Shown here: positions 57,541 to 64,000 of the stretch, one piece after another
Layout: the number at the start of each line of letters is the position of its first letter
Numbering within the stretch: position 1 is the first letter of the stretch
NCBI GenBank assembly: GCA_039794085.1
Contig: JBDIWC010000005.1
Coordinates: forward strand, 1 to 64,000
Length of the DNA stretch: 64,000 nt
Source: Gemmatimonadales bacterium
GTDB lineage: Bacteria; Gemmatimonadota; Gemmatimonadetes; Gemmatimonadales; GWC2-71-9
Direction: 5' to 3'
Notes under the pieces: generated by a model
The model's input: only the letters and a program-made list of their open reading frames with translations
What the model was told of the DNA's origin: nothing
Databases searched by the model: none
Position numbers and translations under genes: made by a program

Positions 57541-58638
57541 ATGCGTATCAACACGAACGTCGCGGCACTGAACGCGAACCGTCACCTCGATGTCTCCACG
57601 TCGGGACTCGAGAAGTCCATCCAGCGGCTTTCGTCGGGCTTCCGGATCAACCGCTCCGGCGACGACGCGGCCGGTCTCGCCATCGCCAACAAGCTCCGCG
57701 CCGAAAGCCGAAGCTTGCTCCAGGCCTCCCGGAACGCCTCCCAGGCCTCCGCGATGCTCCAGATCGCCGACGGCGCGGTGAGCACCATCGGCGGGATCCT
57801 GGACCGGATGAAGGAGCTCGCCTCGCAGGCGAACTCGGACAACATCGGGGGCGAGCGTGACAAGCTCGATGCCGAGTTCCAGGAACTGATCGCGGAAGTG
57901 GGCCGGATCGCGAGCACCACCAAGTTCCAGGGAGCCGCCCTGGTCGACGGCACCTTCGGCAGCTCGGTGGATACGAACCCCGCCAATAGTACTGTCCTGG
58001 CCGTCGCCGGCGTGAACTCGGTTGCCATCAGCGGCGCCAAGGTCGGTACCTTCACCATCACCTCGCCTTCGGTGGGGAACCTGACCATGACCGCCAACGG
58101 TGTGGCGCAGACCATCAGCAACGTGGCCGGGGCGCAGGTTCTCGATTTCTCCGCCCATGGCGTCAAGATCACTACGGGCGCAGGTTTCGTGGCCGACTCG
58201 GCTGTCGGGAATGTCGTGGTGGCCGGCGGGACGGGCAAGTTCATGGTCAGTTCCAGCGGTGACTTTGCCGGAAACGACCTCATCAGCCTCGGCACCGTGG
58301 ATCTGAGTACCGCCGCCACCGGGCTCAACCTGGCGGGTCTCGACGTCACCAGTGCCGCGAATGCCCAAACCGCGCTGACCCGGATCGATGCGGCCATCGA
58401 CAGCGCCAACACGGTGGTCGGAACCCTCGGCGCGGCCCAGAGCCGTCTCGAGTTCGCCCGCGCCAACGTCTCCACTCTGGTGGAAAACGTGCAGGCCGCG
58501 GAATCGACGATCCGGGACGCGGACATCGCTCTCGAAACCGTCGCCTTCACCAAGTTCCAGATCCTCCAGCAGGCCGGCACGGCCATGCTGGCCCAGGCGA
58601 ACCAGGCCCCGCAGACGGTCCTGAGTCTCCTTCGGTAA
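57541..58638 (+). CDS. fliC: Flagellin
   Basis: MRINTNVAAL, RLSSGFRIN..DDAAGLAI, IRDAD, QAGTAMLAQAN. Confidence 0.98.
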   Translation: MRINTNVAALNANRHLDVSTSGLEKSIQRLSSGFRINRSGDDAAGLAIANKLRAESRSLLQASRNASQASAMLQIADGAVSTIGGILDRMKELASQANSDNIGGERDKLDAEFQELIAEVGRIASTTKFQGAALVDGTFGSSVDTNPANSTVLAVAGVNSVAISGAKVGTFTITSPSVGNLTMTANGVAQTISNVAGAQVLDFSAHGVKITTGAGFVADSAVGNVVVAGGTGKFMVSSSGDFAGNDLISLGTVDLSTAATGLNLAGLDVTSAANAQTALTRIDAAIDSANTVVGTLGAAQSRLEFARANVSTLVENVQAAESTIRDADIALETVAFTKFQILQQAGTAMLAQANQAPQTVLSLLR

Positions 58639-58646
58639 CCCGAGCC

Positions 58647-58685
58647 GCGCGTCCCGGGGCGATCAGTTCGCGCCCCGGGCCGCGT
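58647..58685 (+). terminator. GC-rich hairpin between fliC and fliD (no U-tract)
   Basis: cccggggcg-atcagttcg-cgccccggg with extendable flanks. Confidence 0.5.
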
Positions 58686-58708
58686 GAGGCTCTCACAGGG
58701 GCGCGCAC

Positions 58709-60058
58709 ATGGATCCCATCTCGTCGTTTTCAGGTCTCGCCAGCGGTTTCAATTTTCGCGAGCTGGTCGACGCGGTCATCCAGGTCGAAAGCCGCCCGGT
58801 GGTTCGGGCTCGCGAGGCGATCTCGGCCGCCGACGCGCGCGAGAGTGCTCTCGGCACCTACCGCAGTCTCCTGGTGGCGTTGCGAGACGCCCTCACCGCC
58901 CTCCGCGATGGGTCCGCCTTCGACGCCTTGAGCACCACTGTGACCGGCCAGGCCTCAGGAGGGCGTCCCCTTCTCAGTGCCAGTGCCGGCAGTACGGCGA
59001 CCCCCGGGACCTTCCAGGTCGAGGTCACCACCCTCGCCGCTTCCGAGAAGCGCGGGAGCCTTGCCCAGGCGGACAGCACCACTGCACTCGGCTTGGCAGG
59101 GGATTTCACCGTCAACGGCCAAACCGTCACGGTGACCACCGACGATTCGCTGGCCGCCATCCGGGACCGGATCAACACCCTCAACACCGGAGCCACGCCC
59201 ACCGGGGTCAGCGCATCGATCCTGACGGTCGGGGCGGGTGATGCGCGCCTGATCCTCACCAGCACCACGCCCGGGGCGGCGGGCATCGCCTTGGCGGACA
59301 CAACCGGCACCGTCCTCGGAACCCTGGGCCTTCTCGACCCAGGCGCGATCCTGACGGCGGGATCCGATGCCCAGTTTTCCATCGACGGGGTGGCGTTGAC
59401 CCGGACGACCAATGCCGTGACGGACGCCATCGAGGGACTCACGCTCTCCCTCGAAACCGCCGAGCCGGGGACGGTCGCGACCGTCTCCGTGACCCGCTTC
59501 GTGGGTGAAGCGACGGCCGCGGCCTCCACCTTCGTTCAGGCCTACAATGCCGTCGTGGACTTTCATGCCCAGCAGCAGGTGAGTGGTGCACTCCGGACCG
59601 ACGCCACCCTCCGCGCCAGCCGCAGCGAGTTCAGTCGTCATCTGCTTGGGGTTCTCACGGGAACCGGGGGACTGGCGGCGGGCGCCACCCAGTTCGGGTT
59701 CTCGCTGACACGATCGGGAACTCTGTCGGTGGATACCGCGGTCCTCGATGGCGCCCTGCAGAACGGGTTCACCGACGTCAAGACCCTCTTTGCCGACAGT
59801 ACCGCCGCTGCGGACTTCGAAACCGCGCTCGACGACCTGCTCCGCTCGGGAACGGGAACCCTGGACATCAAGACAAGCGCGCTGGATGGCCTGCGCACTG
59901 CTCAGGAAGCGCGGGTGGAGCGCCTGCAATCCCGGCTTGACCGGCGTGAGGAGTCGCTTCTCCGGCAATTCTCCCGCATGGAGGCGGCGATCGGGAGACT
60001 CCAGTCCCAGGGCACCTTCCTTCAGGCGCAGCTCCCGAGCCTCGGAGGGGCGAGCTGA
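58709..60058 (+). CDS. fliD: Filament cap FliD
   Basis: SFSGLASG, DAQFSIDG..TRTTN.VTDAIEGLTL, FVQAYN, QFSRME. Confidence 0.95.
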   Translation: MDPISSFSGLASGFNFRELVDAVIQVESRPVVRAREAISAADARESALGTYRSLLVALRDALTALRDGSAFDALSTTVTGQASGGRPLLSASAGSTATPGTFQVEVTTLAASEKRGSLAQADSTTALGLAGDFTVNGQTVTVTTDDSLAAIRDRINTLNTGATPTGVSASILTVGAGDARLILTSTTPGAAGIALADTTGTVLGTLGLLDPGAILTAGSDAQFSIDGVALTRTTNAVTDAIEGLTLSLETAEPGTVATVSVTRFVGEATAAASTFVQAYNAVVDFHAQQQVSGALRTDATLRASRSEFSRHLLGVLTGTGGLAAGATQFGFSLTRSGTLSVDTAVLDGALQNGFTDVKTLFADSTAAADFETALDDLLRSGTGTLDIKTSALDGLRTAQEARVERLQSRLDRREESLLRQFSRMEAAIGRLQSQGTFLQAQLPSLGGAS

Positions 60059-60477
60059 TGAGGGCCCCGGGGACGACCCGTTACCAGGAACTGGACGTGC
60101 TCTCGATGTCCCCGGGAGCTCGGTTGCTTCTGCTCTACCGGCACTTGGAGGGGCATCTTCGGTTGGCCCAGCGGGCACTGGAAGGGGGAGACGTCGAGAC
60201 TCGGACCACACGACTGGGCAAGGCGTCCGACATCGTCGCCGAGCTCCTCGGTTCCCTTGATCGGGACCAAGGGGGCGACTTGGCGGACCGACTCGCTTCC
60301 TTCTATGCCTGGATTCTCGGAGAAATCCCCGCCATTCTCTCCCCACAGGACGGGAACCGACTGACCCGAATCGCGGACATGGTGTCCGATCTGCAATCCG
60401 CCTGGGCCACGGCGGTCCACGAGGCCGAGCAGGGGAAGGCGCCGGCGGACTCCTTGGCTTCCAGAACCTGGGGGTAA
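60058..60477 (+). CDS. fliS: Flagellin chaperone FliS
   Basis: YQELDVLSMSP..LLLLY, ELLGSLD...GG.LA.RL..FY, LQSAW. Confidence 0.92.
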   Translation: MRAPGTTRYQELDVLSMSPGARLLLLYRHLEGHLRLAQRALEGGDVETRTTRLGKASDIVAELLGSLDRDQGGDLADRLASFYAWILGEIPAILSPQDGNRLTRIADMVSDLQSAWATAVHEAEQGKAPADSLASRTWG

Positions 60478-60478
60478 T

Positions 60479-60892
60479 GTGACCCTCCGGCGTGGGGATC
60501 GTTCTCTCCGGTATCTCGAGGTCTGGGAAGAATCCCTCCTCGCCTTCCGGCGGAACCTGGCCGACATTCGGGCCCAGTGGATGCGTGGTGAGCTGGACGA
60601 TCTGCCCGAGGCCGTCTCCGCCGCGGACCATTTTTTGCACTCGATTCCCCGCGTGCCGGTCGACCGAAACTCCGGACCCGGCAGGGGAGAGTCGGAATCG
60701 CAGAACCTTCTCCTCACAGCCCGGCTCGGGGCCCGGAGGGATGCCGTGGCCCGGTTGATTAGGGACACTCACCGTGAGATCGAGGCACTGCTGGGTGACT
60801 TCCGGGCCTCGCGCGATGCGATCCGGAGCGAGATGGCATCCCTCGGCCCCTCCCACTCGGGGGCACGGCACCGGCTTGACCGAATCGCGTGA
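60479..60892 (+). CDS. Hypothetical helical protein at the fliT position
   Basis: Packed after fliS; ends LDRIA. Confidence 0.55.
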   Translation: MTLRRGDRSLRYLEVWEESLLAFRRNLADIRAQWMRGELDDLPEAVSAADHFLHSIPRVPVDRNSGPGRGESESQNLLLTARLGARRDAVARLIRDTHREIEALLGDFRASRDAIRSEMASLGPSHSGARHRLDRIA

Positions 60893-60926
60893 AGGATCGC
60901 GGCTCCGGTGAGTGTGTGGGAGAGGT

Positions 60927-60953
60927 TCAAGTCTCCGACGCACTGACCGATAC
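60927..60953 (+). promoter_or_regulatory. Sigma28-like promoter for flgM-cheY-cheZ
   Basis: TCAA-N15-ACCGATAC. Confidence 0.72.
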
Positions 60954-60978
60954 TCACAAGCAACAAGGAGATCGACCG

Positions 60979-61314
60979 ATGACGCTGGACAGCATCCCGC
61001 CCGATGGGCGACTTCGGCCGGGAGCCGGCCACCTGGGAACGGGAGCGGCCCAGGGTGCCCGCCAGACGGGCCCTGATCGCGCTTCCGCCACGGCGACACC
61101 CCGGCCCGCCCTGCCCGCCGTGGATCAGGCCGAGCTCTCTCCGGAAGTCCGGGAGTTGGCCGGCGCCGAGGAGATTCCGACAGGGACCCTCGCGCCGGAG
61201 CGCCTGAAGGAGATCCTCGGGCGCCTCGCCCAGGGGGGACACGACCAGCCCGAGGTTCTTGACGCCACCACCGAGGGGGTCCTCCGCGATCTCCGCTCCC
61301 ATCCCCAGGAGTAA
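60979..61314 (+). CDS. flgM: Anti-sigma28 FlgM-like protein
   Basis: RBS AAGGAG; DQAELSPE and ERLKEILGRLAQGGHD resemble FlgM segments; sigma28-like promoter. Confidence 0.65.
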   Translation: MTLDSIPPDGRLRPGAGHLGTGAAQGARQTGPDRASATATPRPALPAVDQAELSPEVRELAGAEEIPTGTLAPERLKEILGRLAQGGHDQPEVLDATTEGVLRDLRSHPQE

Positions 61315-61319
61315 AGCGC

Positions 61320-61697
61320 ATGAAATGCCTGGTCGTCGATGACTCCGCCACCATGCGGAGGATCGTGGTGAACTCGCTCCGGAACATTGGCTTTGGAGAC
61401 ATTGTCGAGGCCGGTGACGGACAGGAGGCCCTCTCCAAGGTGGGGGAGGGAGGCATCCAACTCGTGGTGACCGACTGGAACATGCCGGTCATGGGGGGCC
61501 TCGAACTGGTCCAGGCACTCCGGGCCAATCCTGTCACCCAGGGACTGCCGATCCTCATGGTCACGACCCGCGGGGCGCAGGAGGACATCGTTCAGGCGGT
61601 CCAGGCCGGGGTGTCCAACTATCTGTTGAAGCCGTTCACCCCCCAGGCGCTCAAAGAGAAGATCGACCTGGTCGTTTCCTCCGACTCGATCGCCTGA
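61320..61697 (+). CDS. cheY: Chemotaxis response regulator CheY
   Basis: LVVDDSATMRRIV, TDWNMP, PILMVT, YLLKPF. Confidence 0.93.
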   Translation: MKCLVVDDSATMRRIVVNSLRNIGFGDIVEAGDGQEALSKVGEGGIQLVVTDWNMPVMGGLELVQALRANPVTQGLPILMVTTRGAQEDIVQAVQAGVSNYLLKPFTPQALKEKIDLVVSSDSIA

Positions 61698-61714
61698 CCC
61701 CGGAGAATGCTCCC

Positions 61715-62413
61715 ATGCCACGGTCCACCGCAGCCGACCTGACCCCGGATCTCCCCGAGACGCTGGAACTGCTCGGCGCCCTCATCACGGCGGTCCAGTC
61801 CCAGGAAATGGAGGAGAGCGGACCGCAGGGGCTCCGTGCCCTCGCCGTGGCGCTCCGCACCCGGCCGCAACTCGCCGAGCTGCCCGGGCTGCTGCTCAAG
61901 ACATACAATGAGATCGCGAGCGCTCTCGACGGGATCCGTCTCACCCGCGAAATGATCCAGGCCAACGCCCTGGACCAGATTCAGGACTCGGCCAATCGTC
62001 TCCAGGAAGTGACCTCGACGACGGAGTCCGCCACGATGCAGCTCATGGACGGATTGGACCGCACCCTGGGATTGTTGGATGACCTGGAGCGGGGGGAAGG
62101 CGCCAATGCTGATCGCTATGCGACCCTGCGCGGCCAGGTCAATGAGCTGTTTGCCCATCTTCAGTTTCAGGACATCACCACCCAGCAACTCCACGGGGTG
62201 GTCCAGCTCCTGGTGGATGTCGAATCCCGCGTCGGTCGTGTCGCCGATCTGTTCGATCAGGCGGTCGGGGGACGCACTATCCTCGCTTCGGATGCCCTGA
62301 CCTCCACCCAGGACTCGTCGAGCCTCGCCTTCAACCCCAACGCAACGACCCGTGATGTGGGAACCAGGCAGGCCTACATTGATGCCGCCTTTCCCGCTTC
62401 CGCTCCTCGCTGA
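61715..62413 (+). CDS. cheZ: CheZ-like phosphatase
   Basis: L.EV...TESAT..LMD, LQFQDITTQQL (D-x3-Q motif), C-terminal QAYIDAAF; follows cheY. Confidence 0.75.
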   Translation: MPRSTAADLTPDLPETLELLGALITAVQSQEMEESGPQGLRALAVALRTRPQLAELPGLLLKTYNEIASALDGIRLTREMIQANALDQIQDSANRLQEVTSTTESATMQLMDGLDRTLGLLDDLERGEGANADRYATLRGQVNELFAHLQFQDITTQQLHGVVQLLVDVESRVGRVADLFDQAVGGRTILASDALTSTQDSSSLAFNPNATTRDVGTRQAYIDAAFPASAPR

Positions 62414-62501
62414 GGGGGGCGGGCCCGCCGCCGCCACTCCATCCGGGGAGCCCGTCCCCGAGGCGACTCCGTCCGATCCGGCCACTCACGAGGCCGCCAA
62501 G

Positions 62502-63266
62502 ATGGCCGCCGTCACTACCGCGACGGCCGCCATCGCCCTCCCGTGCATCCGGGCTCTGCGCCTGATCCGGGGCCGACTGGATTCCCTCGATGCCGCCGTG
62601 GACCCCGGCGTCATTCGCGCTCGCCTCCAGGATGCCGCCACCGAGATTGACCGGACTCTTGATCTTCTCGGTCGGGCCCTGCGCATGGCCTACCCCCGGC
62701 CCGGCCGGGTGGAACCCGTCGAGGTGCGGCTCCTGGTGGAGAACGTGCTGCCCTCGGTACGGGCTGGAATCCCCGCCACCGTTCGCCTGCTCACCCGGTA
62801 CCAGCATCGGGGGGACCGCGTCCTGGCCGACCCGGTTCAGATTCGCGAGGTCCTGCTCCACCTCGCTGTCAACGCCACCGAAGCGATGCCCGATGGAGGA
62901 ACCCTGCAGTTCCAGACCGGGCGCGCCGACGTCGCGGGAGTGCCCCTCTCCACGACAGGCAGTCATGGATTCGCCTGGATCGAAGTGCGCGACACCGGAC
63001 GAGGGATCCCCCCGGACCTCCTCCCCCGCGTCTGTGAGCCATTCGTCACCACAAAAACGAGCGAAGGCTCCGGACTCGGTCTCGCCATTCTCTACAACGT
63101 CCTGCGTGAACACGGGGGCGGCGTGACCATCGAGAGCACGCCGGGAATCGGGACCGCCGTCCGCATGTTCCTCCCCCGTACGCCTGTACCCTCCGGCCAC
63201 CCGGGTCGTGCGGCTTCCTCCCCCTTTCTCCTTGATCGGCCCGGCTCTTCGGCAAGCTTCGAGTAG
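62502..63266 (+). CDS. HATPase_c histidine kinase-like protein with no evident H-box (start uncertain)
   Basis: VNATEAMPDGG, DTGRGI, EPFVTTK, GSGLGL, HGG. Confidence 0.75.
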   Translation: MAAVTTATAAIALPCIRALRLIRGRLDSLDAAVDPGVIRARLQDAATEIDRTLDLLGRALRMAYPRPGRVEPVEVRLLVENVLPSVRAGIPATVRLLTRYQHRGDRVLADPVQIREVLLHLAVNATEAMPDGGTLQFQTGRADVAGVPLSTTGSHGFAWIEVRDTGRGIPPDLLPRVCEPFVTTKTSEGSGLGLAILYNVLREHGGGVTIESTPGIGTAVRMFLPRTPVPSGHPGRAASSPFLLDRPGSSASFE

Positions 63267-63335
63267 ACGCCTTCGCCGCGGAATCCCGCGCGCGCTGAAG
63301 GACCTGGCGCGTGCCTCCCCCCCCCCGGGACGAAC

Positions 63336-63363
63336 TCACAAAACTCCCTCCGTCCGCCGATAG
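63336..63363 (+). promoter_or_regulatory. Sigma28-like promoter
   Basis: TCAC-N16-GCCGATAG. Confidence 0.6.
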
Positions 63364-63427
63364 TCATGCTCAGGGCAAGGTGAGTCGAAGGCAGGAGTCC
63401 CCAATACCAGAACCTCGGAGGCTGGAC

Positions 63428-64000
63428 ATGTTCATGCGTGCGAGTGTCGTACTCTTTCTCGGGATGCTTGGTGCGGGAAGCCTGGCGAGCCAGGCCGTCC
63501 CGGATTCGACCCTGCGGGGCATTCGGCGGCACACGCCGAGCGGCGAGTACACCGATCCCGCCAGTTTCTTTCGCTTCCATGGCTATGTGTCTCTGAGCTA
63601 CACCGAGTCTGGCACAGATCTGGGCACCGATCCGGGGGCCACCCCGCAGATCCTTGTTCCCGGACCGGGGCGGCGAGGCAAGGCTCAAGGGGGATTCCGG
63701 TCTGATGCCGCCTTGTTCGTCGGAGGAGAGCCCTTTGAGAATGTGTCGGGGTTGGTCGAGATCCACTTCGTGGGCAATGCCTTGGATCCCGTCATCACTG
63801 AAGCGAAAGTCACCTGGGATGTCATCCCGGCCGGACCAGGTCGCCGGTCCGCTTTCCGTCTCATCGCAGGCCGGTTCTGGACCCCCTTTGGCATCCATAA
63901 CAATGAGTGGTTCAGCGCCCTCAACCGGTTCAGCCTCGTCTCGCCGGCCGCTGCGGAGGCAGTCCCCGCCCATGTCAATGAGGTGGGCATCATGGCCGAG
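63428..64000 (+). CDS. Secreted, probably outer-membrane beta-barrel/porin-like protein (truncated by window end)
   Basis: Open from ATG 63428 to the edge (191 codons); RBS GGAGG; signal-like N-terminus; FRFHGYVSLSY and FRLIAGRFWTPFG; absent from the ORF track. Confidence 0.65.
   Translation, partial: MFMRASVVLFLGMLGAGSLASQAVPDSTLRGIRRHTPSGEYTDPASFFRFHGYVSLSYTESGTDLGTDPGATPQILVPGPGRRGKAQGGFRSDAALFVGGEPFENVSGLVEIHFVGNALDPVITEAKVTWDVIPAGPGRRSAFRLIAGRFWTPFGIHNNEWFSALNRFSLVSPAAAEAVPAHVNEVGIMAE

Noticed and set aside
15688..61588. Long opposite-strand ORFs (15688-18030, 18833-20362, 36451-38463, 58955-61588)
   Set aside because: They overlap well-supported genes on the other strand and have no recognisable domains.
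63364..63427. c-di-GMP riboswitch in the leader of the last gene
   Set aside because: Only a GGGCAA fragment matches; the GNRA tetraloop and second stem were not seen. An Infernal/Rfam scan would settle it.

Overview
GC-rich bacterial window. The kinase architecture suggests Gemmatimonadota, but this is inference. There are three parts. (1) About 130-15600: an accessory tract with four intact minus-strand Hanks-type Ser/Thr kinases carrying TolB/PD40 or TolB-like/TPR C-terminal domains. They are interleaved with toxin-antitoxin modules: VapBC, two nucleotidyltransferase pairs and a RelBE with an inactivated toxin. The tract also holds two collapsed kinase stubs, a deleted 1-Cys peroxiredoxin and several families of short repeats, and a 39-bp direct repeat brackets the kinase array. 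(2) About 15600-22300: an M14 zinc peptidase, a REPIN-like hairpin, a DeaD helicase and receiver/HD-GYP genes. (3) About 22300-64000: an essentially complete flagellar cluster (motAB, flg, flh, fli, csrA/fliW, fliC/D/S, flgM, cheY, cheZ-like) with a fused fliO-fliP. Its regulatory logic is readable in the DNA: three sigma54 promoters with CGGCA-N5-TGCCG sites, one IHF site, seven sigma28-like promoters and a CsrA hairpin in the fliC leader. No rRNA, tRNA, CRISPR array, integrase or transposase was recognised. Start codons were adjusted by eye where the ORF track over-extends.
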